Numbered from the stretch's first letter, positions 19,570 to 29,528 are shown. The stretch: 64,000 nucleotides of DNA from Chloroflexota bacterium (GCA_019873665.1 JAIOAV010000004.1:6580-70579), one strand, 5' to 3'. Notes: generated by a model not told the origin, from the letters alone. Numbers and translations are program-made.

Positions 19570-19669
19570 TGCTTGGCTCCCTTCGCTTGATCGGACGCTG
19601 ACAATTATAGCACATTCTGGCCGCGGCTGAAAGCGATGCTACATGCTGCCTACAGCAACCTCTCTGGCC

Positions 19670-20761
19670 TTATAGCGCTGTCTCGATGATCCCTCCTCCC
19701 AACACCACCTCGCCCCGGTAAAAAACCGCCGCCTGACCCGGCGTGATGTCTCGCAAGGGACGCGCCAGACGCACCTCCACTTTGCCGTCGGCAGCGGGAT
19801 GCACCGTCGCTGCCACCTCCGCGCCGGCATAGCGTATCTTGGTAGTGACGGACTGCGGCAACGGCGGCGCCACGCCCGACACAAAACTCACCTCTTGCAC
19901 CAGCAGGCGGTCGCGGCCCAACTGCGCCGCAGGCCCGACGATCAGCGCGTTCCGCGCCGCGTCCATCGCCAGCACATACAGCGGCTCCGGCCAGGCGATC
20001 CCCATTCCCTTGCGCTGGCCGATGGTGTAAAAGGCGAGCCCCTGATGCTCCCCGATCTGCTCGCCGCTGGTGAGCAGGATCGGTCCTGGGTGAGCGATGC
20101 CCGCCGCCCACGCACGAAGGAAACGCCGGTAGTCGTTGTCGCTGATAAAGCAGACTTCCTGGCTTTCCCCCTTGTCTGCCACCGGCAGCCGCTTGGCGGC
20201 AGCAATCGCGCGCACTTCTGTTTTGGTGTGATCGCCAAGGGGGAAGAGAACGCACGCAAGCTGTTCCTGGCCGAGCATGTAAAGCACATAGCTCTGGTCC
20301 TTGCGGCGATCCCGTCCCCGCCAGAGCTGGAGGAGGCTCTCGACCCGGCGCACGCGCGCATAGTGGCCGGTTGCCAGATAGCGCGCCCCCAGCGATTGCG
20401 CCACATCTAGCAGAAAACCGAACTTGATGTGGCGGTTACAAGCCAAACACGGATTCGGCGTGCGCGCACACGCGTACTGCCGCACAAAGTACTCGACCAC
20501 GCACTCTCTGAAGCGCTCCCGGCAATCCACCAAATGAAAAGGGATGCCGAGGAAGGCAGCCACCTGCCGGGCATCCTCTGCAGGCTCCGGCCGCGCGCCG
20601 CCGGAGGGCGACGGCTCCCGCCACATCTGGAGCATGACGCCGACCACATCGTATCCCTGCTCCACGAGAAGCATTGCTGCCACCGAGCTATCCACACCGC
20701 CGCTCATGGCGACCACAACGCGCTCTTCACTCCTGCCCGACTCTATCAGCGAATCACTCAT
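19670..20761 (-). CDS. mnmA: tRNA 2-thiouridylase MnmA
   Basis: AMSGGVDS, TPNPCLACNRHIKF, ATGHY, KDQSY, ESQEVCF, YTIGQRKG, TPGQAAVFY. Confidence 0.96.
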   Translation of the reverse strand: MSDSLIESGRSEERVVVAMSGGVDSSVAAMLLVEQGYDVVGVMLQMWREPSPSGGARPEPAEDARQVAAFLGIPFHLVDCRERFRECVVEYFVRQYACARTPNPCLACNRHIKFGFLLDVAQSLGARYLATGHYARVRRVESLLQLWRGRDRRKDQSYVLYMLGQEQLACVLFPLGDHTKTEVRAIAAAKRLPVADKGESQEVCFISDNDYRRFLRAWAAGIAHPGPILLTSGEQIGEHQGLAFYTIGQRKGMGIAWPEPLYVLAMDAARNALIVGPAAQLGRDRLLVQEVSFVSGVAPPLPQSVTTKIRYAGAEVAATVHPAADGKVEVRLARPLRDITPGQAAVFYRGEVVLGGGIIETAL

Positions 20762-20950
20762 CTCCCAGCCCCGCGACTTTTTCCGCTTTCGACTCGTACT
20801 ATATACGAAAGGAGGAGAGAGAGGTTGCGCCGAAAGAGCGTATTGTGCGGCAGCGCGCCTTGCAGATATGCTGTTTGGCGAAAACATATGACTGTGTTAG
20901 AATGGGGTTGTGGTCTGGAAAGAGCAGCACCGCAGATTAGGAGGCGTGGG

Positions 20951-21472
20951 ATGGAAGAGAAGCTCGAAAAGGCCAAAAGCCAGCAGGGGGCACTGGAAAA
21001 ACTGGCTAGCAAATTGCCCTTTTACAAGGGATACAAAGAGAAGGAGCTGCGCCGCGAGACCGACAAGCTCTTGCGGGAGGATCTGGCAGCACAGGTCAAG
21101 GTGCAATGGCAGCGCGTGGCGGATCTGCAGCGGCAACTGGTGGACGAAGGCCTGCTGGTCTATGTGGATGACCTCCAGGCCGCCGAGAGCCGTCTTCGCC
21201 GCTTTATGAACCGGATTCGCAACGCCAGCTACGGCTACGGCGGCGTCTTTGACGCGGCCAAGGTGGACGAGGCCACGCTAGATGCGCTCTACAACTTTGA
21301 CATGTCGCTGATCAACCAGATCAACGCCATCGCGGCGAGCCTCGATGGTGTCCAGGAAGCGATAGACGCCAAGTCAGGCATTCCTGGTGCCATCCGCGAG
21401 GCCGTGAGCGTGATCGGCGTCGCCAACGACATTTTAAGTGATCGCGAGAAGATCCTACGAGGCACAGCCTAA
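20951..21472 (+). CDS. Hypothetical helical protein
   Basis: AGGAGG RBS before MEEKLEK; KGYKEKELRRETDKLLR...ASYGYGGVFD. Its stop overlaps the next RBS. Confidence 0.75.
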   Translation: MEEKLEKAKSQQGALEKLASKLPFYKGYKEKELRRETDKLLREDLAAQVKVQWQRVADLQRQLVDEGLLVYVDDLQAAESRLRRFMNRIRNASYGYGGVFDAAKVDEATLDALYNFDMSLINQINAIAASLDGVQEAIDAKSGIPGAIREAVSVIGVANDILSDREKILRGTA

Positions 21473-21483
21473 GGAGGTAACGC

Positions 21484-22533
21484 ATGATACGCGGACTTGA
21501 TGTTGTCCTACAGTATGACAACGAAATGACACAGGTGGTTGCCTATCACCACCCGATTCAGGATCTGCGCATCGGCTCGCAGATCACGGTTGGTCCCGGC
21601 CAGGTCGCGGTGTTTGTGCGCGACGGCAAGGCGTTGGACCAGTTTGGCCCCGGTCGTCACACAATTACGACAGCCAACATCCCACTGCTCACCGGCCTGC
21701 TGAGCAACATCGTCTTTGGCGGGCAAACTCCCTTCCAAGCCAGCGTCTTCTACCTCAGCACCCGCGAGTTCCCGCAGCTGCGATGGGGCACATCACAACC
21801 GATCGCCCTGCAGACGCCAGGCACTGGTCTCGGCTGGCTGCTGATCGGCGCGCATGGCACCTTTGGCACTCGTCTGGACGATCCAGTAACCTTCCTCAAC
21901 CAGTTCGTCGGCTTCATCGGCCCCGGCCAGGCCTATACCATCGAGCAGCTTCGCGAGCGGATGGTGCACATCATCACGCAGAGCCTGACCGACATGCTCA
22001 CCGAGACCGCGCCGGGCTCGATGCAGAAGGCACAGGCGATGATGAACGAGCTGCAGGCAGGCGTGCAGGCCAAAGTCCAGGACGACTTTGCGGCAATGGG
22101 CTTTATGCTCACCTTCCTCCGCATAGGCGGCCTCAGCCCGCTGGAGACCTCCGCAGACAAGCTGCGCCAGATGGGCCTGCTGGACATCGGCACCTACTCG
22201 CAGCTACAGCAGGCGGACGCTATCCGCGCCGCCGGCGAGAAGGGTGTGGACAATCTGGTAGGCATCGGCGCTGTGCTGGGCGGCTCTGGCCTGGCGCGTG
22301 CCGGTGGCATCCCGGTCGTGCCAGGAGCGCCGCAGAATCCGGCGCAGGCGCAGCAAGCACCCGCCGCGGCTGAAGTGCCCGACGTGATGACTCCGGCCCA
22401 GGCTGCCGCCTATATGCAACTGACGGAGGCGGATGTCATCGCCGCTATCGAGGCGGGTCAGCTCAAAGCGAAAAAGATCGGCACGCAGTACCGCATCGCC
22501 AAAAAGGCGATTGACGACTTTTTGGCCAGCTAA
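21484..22533 (+). CDS. YdjI-like SPFH protein with C-terminal excisionase-type HTH
   Basis: GSQITVGPGQVAVFVRDGK..D.FGPGRHTITTANIP, WGT..PI; C-terminal VMTPAQAAAYMQL...GQLKAKKIGTQYRI. Confidence 0.85.
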   Translation: MIRGLDVVLQYDNEMTQVVAYHHPIQDLRIGSQITVGPGQVAVFVRDGKALDQFGPGRHTITTANIPLLTGLLSNIVFGGQTPFQASVFYLSTREFPQLRWGTSQPIALQTPGTGLGWLLIGAHGTFGTRLDDPVTFLNQFVGFIGPGQAYTIEQLRERMVHIITQSLTDMLTETAPGSMQKAQAMMNELQAGVQAKVQDDFAAMGFMLTFLRIGGLSPLETSADKLRQMGLLDIGTYSQLQQADAIRAAGEKGVDNLVGIGAVLGGSGLARAGGIPVVPGAPQNPAQAQQAPAAAEVPDVMTPAQAAAYMQLTEADVIAAIEAGQLKAKKIGTQYRIAKKAIDDFLAS

Positions 22534-22545
22534 CACACAGACAGC

Positions 22546-22578
22546 GAGCAGGCAGACCCTTGCCGGGTCTGCCTGCTC
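22546..22578. terminator. GC-rich hairpin after the SPFH-HTH gene
   Basis: Perfect 14-bp stem GAGCAGGCAGACCC/GGGTCTGCCTGCTC with no U-tract. Confidence 0.5.
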
Positions 22579-22605
22579 CCTCCTGCGGAGAAATCCCCAC
22601 CTGCC

Positions 22606-22854
22606 ATGAGAACGATCCTCTTTATCGGCGCGCTGGTCTGGGGCGCGGTGATGCAGATGGGCTATGGACGCCTGCTGGCGGATGAAAGCCTTGGCGACCA
22701 GACCATCGGCCTGGTTACCATCATCTTTTACGCCGTGGCGCTGCTGTCATTGATCGGCGCTTTCCTGGCGGGTGAGGCCGCGCTTTTGGGTTATATCATC
22801 AGCATGGTGTTCGTGGGGGCCTACCGCAGCAGCCGCCCTCGCCGTCGCTCATAG
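22606..22854 (+). CDS. Small membrane protein (about 3 TM)
   Basis: 82-aa hydrophobic ORF with a basic C-terminus. Confidence 0.65.
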   Translation: MRTILFIGALVWGAVMQMGYGRLLADESLGDQTIGLVTIIFYAVALLSLIGAFLAGEAALLGYIISMVFVGAYRSSRPRRRS

Positions 22855-22863
22855 GCCCGCCCC

Positions 22864-23892
22864 TCAGCGTCGCGCATACCCCGGCACCAGCAGCTTGGCG
22901 CGCTGGGCGATTGCTTCCGCTGCCACCAGCGTTGCCACCGTCGAGTTGGCCCCATCGTAAAAGTCGCAGCGCGGCAGCCGGTCCTCCGCGATGGCATCCA
23001 GCCAATCGGCCACCTCGGGGTCATATGGATGCCCCGCAACACGCTCCGCCTCGATCTGCACCAGCGACGGGTGCACGTCTCCTTCATCCTTTGCCAACGC
23101 CACCTGCTCCCGCTCCACAGTGCCGCGGGTGCCATAGATGCGCAGGTTATTGAAAGGCGGCATCGCCAAGCGCGGCCCGTAGAGCGCCGCCACCTTGGCG
23201 ATAGCGCCGTTGTGCAGGCGGAAGAGCGCCACCTGACAATCATCCGCTTTCATCGCGGGGAAGGCCACATGATTCGAGTACCCCTGCACTTCGACCACCT
23301 CGCCGCCGGAGAACCAGCGCAGCAGGTCGAGCGGATGGCTGCCACCGCCCACGATCGGCTTTTCCATCTCCAGATACCAGTTAACGCCGGTATGGGTGTC
23401 GGTTTGGTTTGCCTGATAGAGGAGGTTGTGGATATAGTCTCCTTCCAGATAGTAGATCCGCCCCAACTGACCGCTGGCGCAGAGCGCATGGATTTGCTCA
23501 TAGACCGGGTTGAAGCGGAGAATATAGCCAACGGCGATTTTGAGGCGTGGATCGGCGGCGCGCGCCGCGGCCACCATCATCTCGATCTGTGACACCGTAT
23601 TCGCTACCGGCTTTTCCACCAGCACGTGCTTGCCATGTTGCAGCGCCGCCACAAACGGCTCCACATGAAAGGGATCGCCGGTGTGGATGCTGACCGCGTC
23701 AATATCCGGCTGGACACACAGCTCTTCCGCCAAGCGGTAGAGGCGCGATACGCCGAAGCGTTCCCCGGCCTGCTGCAGCCGATCCGGATTGATATCGCAA
23801 AAGGCGACGACCTCCGATTTCCCCACACGCCGATGCGCCTCAATGTGGCCGATGGCGTTGTGACCAATGCCGACGAACCCGACGCGGATCAT
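22864..23892 (-). CDS. Gfo/Idh/MocA oxidoreductase
   Basis: VGFVGIGHNA, KHVLVEKP, GYILRFNP, GSHPLD. Confidence 0.9.
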   Translation of the reverse strand: MIRVGFVGIGHNAIGHIEAHRRVGKSEVVAFCDINPDRLQQAGERFGVSRLYRLAEELCVQPDIDAVSIHTGDPFHVEPFVAALQHGKHVLVEKPVANTVSQIEMMVAAARAADPRLKIAVGYILRFNPVYEQIHALCASGQLGRIYYLEGDYIHNLLYQANQTDTHTGVNWYLEMEKPIVGGGSHPLDLLRWFSGGEVVEVQGYSNHVAFPAMKADDCQVALFRLHNGAIAKVAALYGPRLAMPPFNNLRIYGTRGTVEREQVALAKDEGDVHPSLVQIEAERVAGHPYDPEVADWLDAIAEDRLPRCDFYDGANSTVATLVAAEAIAQRAKLLVPGYARR

Positions 23893-23928
23893 AAGACCTC
23901 CTTGCATCCGACTGTAATCACGATGAGG

Positions 23929-25107
23929 CTACCAACGTGGCCGCAACGGCAGCCAGCGTGGGTCTCGCTTCATCATCTCGCTGCTGTCATCGCGCGCACG
24001 CGGGGCGCGATTGCGGTAATAGTCCGCATAGCGCTCCACCCTGGCCTCGTCCAGCTCGACGCCGAGCCCCGGCCCGGTGGGCACCGCCAGGCTCCCCTCC
24101 GCGAAACAGAACCCCGGCCCGGCGATGATATCCTCTTCCAGCCATGGGTAATGCGTGTCACAATTGTGAAGCAGGTTGGGGATCACCGCCGCCACATGCA
24201 CCATCGCCGCCAGCGAGACGCCCAGATGCGAGTTGGAGTGCATGCCGACCCCCAGGCCAAAGGTCTGGCACACCTCTGCCAGCCGAATGCAGCCGGTGAG
24301 GCCGCCCCAGTAGTGGACGTCGCTCAACACCACGTCCACCGCGCCCGCGGCGACTGCTGCCGGTATCTGCTCAGAGTTGCCGCGCCAATGGTTCGTGGCT
24401 AGCAGCATCCCGGTCGTCTGCCGCACCCGCGCCATCCCTACCATAGACTCGGTCGGATCCTCCACATACTCCATGTCGAGGTCCATCAGCGCCCGGCAGA
24501 CGCGGATCGAGGTCTCCGCCGACCAGGCGCAGTTGGGGTCCACGCGCAGCTCGTAGGCCGCGCCGAAATGTTCGCGCATCAGCCGCAGAGCGCGGATATC
24601 CACTTCTGGCGGGTACACGCCGCCCTTCACCTTGAGCGATTTGAAGCCGTAGCGTCGCACGAACTCCTTGGCTTCGTCGAGCATCGCCTCTGCGGTTGTT
24701 ACCGCGCCCCGGCCGTTGGCATCCGCCAGCTTGTAGAACAGGTACGCCGAAAAGGGGACGCGGTCGCGCACCGCGCCGCCAAGGAGATCGCACACGGGCC
24801 GGCCCGTGGCCTTGCCGACAATGTCGAGACATGCCATCTCGATTGGCCCGTAGGTGCGCGGGTTGCCGATCTTGAGCCGAATGCGGTTGAGCTGGTAGGG
24901 GTCCTCGCCGATGAGATGGCCGCGCGCGCCCTCTAGCGTCCGCACCATCTGCTCGCCGCCGGCTGTCTCGCCCACGCCGGTCAACCCTTCATCCACGGTG
25001 ATCTTGACGAGGGTGCGCAACGCGAACGGGGCGTGTACGCCGAACGAGTTCAACAGCGGCGGATCGGGAAAGGCAAGGGGGATGACCTGCAGGTTCGTGA
25101 TCTTCAC
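23929..25107 (-). CDS. Glucarate dehydratase-like enolase superfamily protein
   Basis: DPPLLNSFGVH, FSAYLFYK, KVKGG, VDPN, EDP, HSNSHLG, DTHYPW. Confidence 0.88.
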   Translation of the reverse strand: MKITNLQVIPLAFPDPPLLNSFGVHAPFALRTLVKITVDEGLTGVGETAGGEQMVRTLEGARGHLIGEDPYQLNRIRLKIGNPRTYGPIEMACLDIVGKATGRPVCDLLGGAVRDRVPFSAYLFYKLADANGRGAVTTAEAMLDEAKEFVRRYGFKSLKVKGGVYPPEVDIRALRLMREHFGAAYELRVDPNCAWSAETSIRVCRALMDLDMEYVEDPTESMVGMARVRQTTGMLLATNHWRGNSEQIPAAVAAGAVDVVLSDVHYWGGLTGCIRLAEVCQTFGLGVGMHSNSHLGVSLAAMVHVAAVIPNLLHNCDTHYPWLEEDIIAGPGFCFAEGSLAVPTGPGLGVELDEARVERYADYYRNRAPRARDDSSEMMKRDPRWLPLRPRW

Positions 25108-25919
25108 TGATTCACCTCCTCCATCTTGGCGCAGTGCCACGCGCGCAGCTCGTCCGGCGACAGCATGTCTGCCTCCCGCAGGCCGATCTCGCGTGCCCAC
25201 TGCGCCGCCAGCTCCACGCGCCCCAGGTCCGCGGGACGGTGCGCGTCGGAGCAGACGGTAAAGCGCGCGCCCACCTCCTTTGCTAGCAGAAAGAAGCGCA
25301 TTACACCCTCTTTGTACGTCTCTGCCCTGAGCGCGGGGCCGCCATTCAGCTCCAGCGCCACGCGACGATCCCGCGCCAAGACGGCCAGTTCCACCAACTC
25401 CTCATCGGTCAGCGCATCCATCAGCGGCGGCAACGGCAGCAGTGTGTTACAGGCAAAGGGATGCGCCAGGATCGAGACGCCGGGAAGCAAGACCGCCCGC
25501 CGCGCCATCGCCAGCATGTGCGCGGCCACCGTGCGCGGGTCGCGGGCCGCCGGCTGAGGTGTCCCCGGCAGATGATAGTGGCTCGCCGCGATGATGATAT
25601 AGTCCACCTCGCCCCACACCTGCTGCGGCGCGGCCTGTTCGCCCAGCACGGCGTAATCCGCCTCGATGCCGATGAGGGTGTCTGGCTCCGATGGCAGTCC
25701 TCGCAACTCGGCACGCAGCGCGTCCAACACCTCCTGTCCTGGCCGCGCATAGAAGGCACAGGTCGGCACCGGGCCAGGGGAATAGTGATCGGTGAAGCCG
25801 ATGGCGGACAGCCCCATCTCCTGCGCCGCCCGCCACATCACCAGCGGCGTTGCGGCGCGATCGCCGCAGGGGGAGAGGTTGGTGTGGACATGCGAATCAA
25901 AGCGGAACGGATCGCTCAT
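25104..25919 (-). CDS. PHP-domain metal-dependent phosphoesterase
   Basis: DSHVHT, FTDH, GIEAD, AHP, SDAH. Confidence 0.88.
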   Translation of the reverse strand: MSDPFRFDSHVHTNLSPCGDRAATPLVMWRAAQEMGLSAIGFTDHYSPGPVPTCAFYARPGQEVLDALRAELRGLPSEPDTLIGIEADYAVLGEQAAPQQVWGEVDYIIIAASHYHLPGTPQPAARDPRTVAAHMLAMARRAVLLPGVSILAHPFACNTLLPLPPLMDALTDEELVELAVLARDRRVALELNGGPALRAETYKEGVMRFFLLAKEVGARFTVCSDAHRPADLGRVELAAQWAREIGLREADMLSPDELRAWHCAKMEEVNQ

Positions 25920-27289
25920 CGCAGCTCGTTCACATTCCCGACTAGATGCTGCACATTAAGCGGCAACTTGTTGAAGGCCTCCACGCGCGCGCCAAACTTG
26001 CCCAGCGTGTTCTCGACGACCACGTAATCCATGCCGGGGATCACCACATCATCCCAATAATCGCCCACGCCCCGGATCGCCACATCCAGCATCGTAACAA
26101 TCTGGTGGCCGAGCGGCGCGTCCGAGTCCAGCGTGATAGCGCCGTAGAACTCCTGGCACTCGGTGTAGCCAGCGTTATGCGTGCCGGTATATGGTTTTTG
26201 CCGCACGAGGTCCACCGGCTTGCCGATGCGCGCCGACACCTCTGCCTGGCGCGACCGGAAATAGTCCACCAGCGCCTGCTCCTGCAAGCGCGCTGGCAGG
26301 TTCTCCGCCGCCACCCTACGATATGCCTCATCGCCGACGCGGTAAGCGCTCTCCACAAAGTCAAACCAGAAGCGCTGCTCCGGCGTCACCTGCGCCGGAT
26401 GGGACACGGCGATCACCGAGCGCCGCACGCACGAGTTGAGGCCATCCCGTTTGGGCGCCACGCCCAGGTGCACATAGTCGCCCTCCTGGATGGGCCGGTT
26501 GAGCGCCTTGCCGATCAGGGTGCGGTTGGCAACATTGGCGCCCACCATGATGTCCCAGCCATTCTCCTCCGCGCCCAGCTCCTTGCCCACGAAATAACCC
26601 CATGCCGCCACCTGCGTCTCGAGCTGCCCGGGGCGCAGCACCGCCAGCATGGCGCGTAACATGGCGTCAGCGATCACATTGGCATCGCGGATCAGCGCCA
26701 TCTCGATGTCGGACTTTTCATACTTGATCCTGTAATAGATCTCCTGCGCGTCCACCACATTCGTCGGGCCAACCAGCCCTTCCAGATAACGCACGATGCC
26801 GTCCGGCACTACCTGACGTGGCGTCAGCAGCGCGATCCGGTCCACCGGCCCGCCCGCAGCCGCCTGCAGCACATCCTCCAGTCGCTCCGCCTGGATCGGG
26901 TACTTTTCGTCGGCCAGTTGCAGCAGCTCCGCCTTGTGGACGATTGCGCCGGCGCGGGGCGCGAGCTGCTCCGCCACATAGCCGCCTTCCAGGCCGGCGA
27001 CGATGTGAAAGCCGGTCGGGCCGATCACGCCGGCGACCTGCTCGATGCTGATGTTCGTGTTGCCGCCCAGATACGGCACATCCCCGTCATAGTGCTCATC
27101 GGAAAAGACCAGGCCAACCGGCAAGCCCGCCGCGGCCAGCCTCTCCTGCACAGCGCGCTGCCGCCGGAGATATTCGCTCTTGGGCACCTCCAGCGCCTTG
27201 TCCACCGTGTCGTAATGCTCCAACACCGCCAAAACCATCTCGAAATCGCGGCGCAGCTCGCCTGCGCGCATAGCGCCAATGCCCTTCAT
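25916..27289 (-). CDS. M24/creatinase-fold hydrolase (divergent)
   Basis: Creatinase-N-like region, then KSDIEMALIR...LRPGQLE..., RPIQEGDYV, VVENT. Confidence 0.7.
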   Translation of the reverse strand: MKGIGAMRAGELRRDFEMVLAVLEHYDTVDKALEVPKSEYLRRQRAVQERLAAAGLPVGLVFSDEHYDGDVPYLGGNTNISIEQVAGVIGPTGFHIVAGLEGGYVAEQLAPRAGAIVHKAELLQLADEKYPIQAERLEDVLQAAAGGPVDRIALLTPRQVVPDGIVRYLEGLVGPTNVVDAQEIYYRIKYEKSDIEMALIRDANVIADAMLRAMLAVLRPGQLETQVAAWGYFVGKELGAEENGWDIMVGANVANRTLIGKALNRPIQEGDYVHLGVAPKRDGLNSCVRRSVIAVSHPAQVTPEQRFWFDFVESAYRVGDEAYRRVAAENLPARLQEQALVDYFRSRQAEVSARIGKPVDLVRQKPYTGTHNAGYTECQEFYGAITLDSDAPLGHQIVTMLDVAIRGVGDYWDDVVIPGMDYVVVENTLGKFGARVEAFNKLPLNVQHLVGNVNELR

Positions 27290-27310
27290 CTCGTGCCTCC
27301 CCTCTCCAAA

Positions 27311-27349
27311 GCGAGAGCACGGAATCTCCTGCACGCTCCGTGCTCTCGC
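27311..27349. repeat. Intergenic inverted repeat
   Basis: 13-bp perfect arms GCGAGAGCACGGA/TCCGTGCTCTCGC. Confidence 0.6.
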
Positions 27350-27367
27350 AAGCTCGTCCCCCGCCGA

Positions 27368-28240
27368 TCACACCGACTTGAGGCCGTCAATGCCTGCCAG
27401 CGCGGTGTGATATGGCCTGTAGTCCAACGCAGGTCGCGGGTCAAAGGCCAGGTATACCTCGATGACGCGGTCCCGCTCCCGCCGCCCTTGCCGTGCGGCC
27501 AACAACCCCTCGATGATCTGGCCCTGCGAGGCAAAGCAGTGCAGGCTCGCCGAGATCGCCTCTTCCACCGCCAGCGGCGCGGCGATGACGCGGTTTCCCC
27601 GCAGGCGCGGCGAGCGCCCCGTCACGAGTGCGTCCTCTGGCGTCAGGTCGCCCCATACCGCATACACCGCCATGGAGCGCACCGGCTCCGCCCGCCCCCA
27701 ATCCACCAGGATGGGGTCGCCCACCTGCGGGCCGTCATACGCCCCCGCGCGATAGGTGGCCTCGTGGTCAATGTGCTCACGATAGCCGTTCGGCACGAGG
27801 ATGCGCGTGATCCCCAGACGGCGCAGCGTGGGCAGCGTCTGCGCGATGGTGCCTTGTTTGCCGTTCGGCAACAGCCAGCCGAGCCAGCCGGTTACGCTGA
27901 AATCGGGATAGTTGAAGCGGATGATATGCTCCGCCGGCACCCCCAGCGCCCCATACGCCGCCCGCGACTCGCGCTTGCGCGTGGCAACGATGGTGTCTCT
28001 CTCCTCCAGCGAGCTATAGCCCGCGCGGCCATCGCAAAAGATGCAGACGTACACCTCAGCGCCATTCGCCTGGGCCGCCAATAACGCGTACCCCGCACCC
28101 AGTATGCCGTCATCATCGTGCGGACAAAACACCGCCAGTCGCTCGTCCCCCGCTTTCCATTCGGGGAAGAGCACCTCTATCTGGCCGCTCTTGCGACGAC
28201 GTTGCAGGTCATAGTAAAGGAAATCCTCAGGTCTGAACAT
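27368..28240 (-). CDS. PIG-L/LmbE family deacetylase
   Basis: PHDDD, R..E...A..LGV, EHIDH, FASQ. GGAGGAGG RBS before MFRPED. Confidence 0.85.
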   Translation of the reverse strand: MFRPEDFLYYDLQRRRKSGQIEVLFPEWKAGDERLAVFCPHDDDGILGAGYALLAAQANGAEVYVCIFCDGRAGYSSLEERDTIVATRKRESRAAYGALGVPAEHIIRFNYPDFSVTGWLGWLLPNGKQGTIAQTLPTLRRLGITRILVPNGYREHIDHEATYRAGAYDGPQVGDPILVDWGRAEPVRSMAVYAVWGDLTPEDALVTGRSPRLRGNRVIAAPLAVEEAISASLHCFASQGQIIEGLLAARQGRRERDRVIEVYLAFDPRPALDYRPYHTALAGIDGLKSV

Positions 28241-28292
28241 GACCTCCTCCAGAAGATATCTCTCCGCGTGCTCTGCGCCTCGGCGGTGCAGG

Positions 28293-29003
28293 CTACTCCG
28301 CGAACCACTCCAAGTGACCGCAATCTCGGCAGACAAAGGGACGCAATTGCAGCGCTGCGCCGCCCTCTTTTGGCTGTGCCGCCAGAACTTCGCCAGCCAC
28401 CGTTACAGCCTGCAGATCCCGGCCGCCGCAGTTGGCACAGCGCCGGCGCGGCGCACGGATGACAGCGTAAGGGTTCCACACCAATTCCTTTTCGCCGCGC
28501 TCCAGCTCCTCATCCAACTGGATCCACGTTACCTCGCCAATGAACCAGTCGTGGCTCCCCATGTTGATCACGGAGGTCACTTGGCACTCGAAATTCACCG
28601 GGCATTCCACAATGATCGGCGCATTCACGGTGGCCGCCGGTGCTGCCGTCAGCCCATAGGCCGTGAACTTGTCCTCGATCTCCCAGCCGGAAATGCGCCC
28701 GGTCAGCGTGATCGCCTCCGAGAGCTTCCGATCCGGCACGTTGCAGACAAACGCCTGTGTCTCCAGCATCATACGATACGACTTGCGCTCCCAGTAGCGC
28801 TCGTTGTAGTGATCCTGGCAGATGGCAGTGCCGATGGTGAGCGGCGACTTGCTCATCACCGCGACAGCGATGACCGGGATGATGTTCGGACGCCCATCCC
28901 ATCCCTGGCACGAGATCATGATCGCCGTCGAGGGGAGAAAGAGCGGCCAGTCGCTCTCTTCGCGCGGGCCGCGTGGTTCCTTTTTGACTTTGTACTTGTA
29001 CAT
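28293..29003 (-). CDS. Flavin reductase-like protein with C-terminal zinc ribbon
   Basis: FVCNVP, APIIVECPVNFEC, GSHDWFIGEV, then CANC...CRDC. Confidence 0.85.
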   Translation of the reverse strand: MYKYKVKKEPRGPREESDWPLFLPSTAIMISCQGWDGRPNIIPVIAVAVMSKSPLTIGTAICQDHYNERYWERKSYRMMLETQAFVCNVPDRKLSEAITLTGRISGWEIEDKFTAYGLTAAPAATVNAPIIVECPVNFECQVTSVINMGSHDWFIGEVTWIQLDEELERGEKELVWNPYAVIRAPRRRCANCGGRDLQAVTVAGEVLAAQPKEGGAALQLRPFVCRDCGHLEWFAE

Positions 29004-29528
29004 TTACCTCCCCTCCCGCGCGCGCAACAGCGGCGTCTGATACCACTCTAGTGAGCGGCGGCGCTCCAGCACGTCAATATCGGTGTGGGCCAGCACCAAT
29101 TCGCCCACGACAAAGTCATAGTCGCCCACCGGCCAGTAATGGCGCAGGCGACACTCCATCACCACCGGACATTCGTCAATCATCACCGTGTCGGTCATCA
29201 GCGCGCGGCGGGGCGTTAGCCCCAATGCCCCGAACTTGTCGCCGGGAGTGCCGTGCAACGCCTCGCAGCGCGCCACGACGTCCGCCATACTGCTGTCCGG
29301 CACATTCAGCGCAAAGGCGCGCCGGGGAAAGATCTCCTGATAGACATCACGGTACTTGCGGGGAACCGCGAACCCGATCATGAAGGGATAGCGGTTGACT
29401 CCGCTATGCTCTTCCAAGCTCATGATCTCGCCATGTCCGTCGCGATGCCGAAAGCTGAGCAGCAGCTTGCCCACGGGATAGTAGGCATCGGCATCTCCGG
29501 GGCGCGGCGCACGTCCAATCTTTGCCAT
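29004..29528 (-). CDS. Flavin reductase-like protein (divergent)
   Basis: FALNVP, DKF, IDECPVVMEC, GDYDFVVGE. Confidence 0.75.
   Translation of the reverse strand: MAKIGRAPRPGDADAYYPVGKLLLSFRHRDGHGEIMSLEEHSGVNRYPFMIGFAVPRKYRDVYQEIFPRRAFALNVPDSSMADVVARCEALHGTPGDKFGALGLTPRRALMTDTVMIDECPVVMECRLRHYWPVGDYDFVVGELVLAHTDIDVLERRRSLEWYQTPLLRAREGR

Noticed and set aside
22378-22530. Excisionase-like HTH as a sign of an integrated element
   Set aside because: It is an in-frame domain of the SPFH gene; no integrase, att sites or compositional shift were seen.
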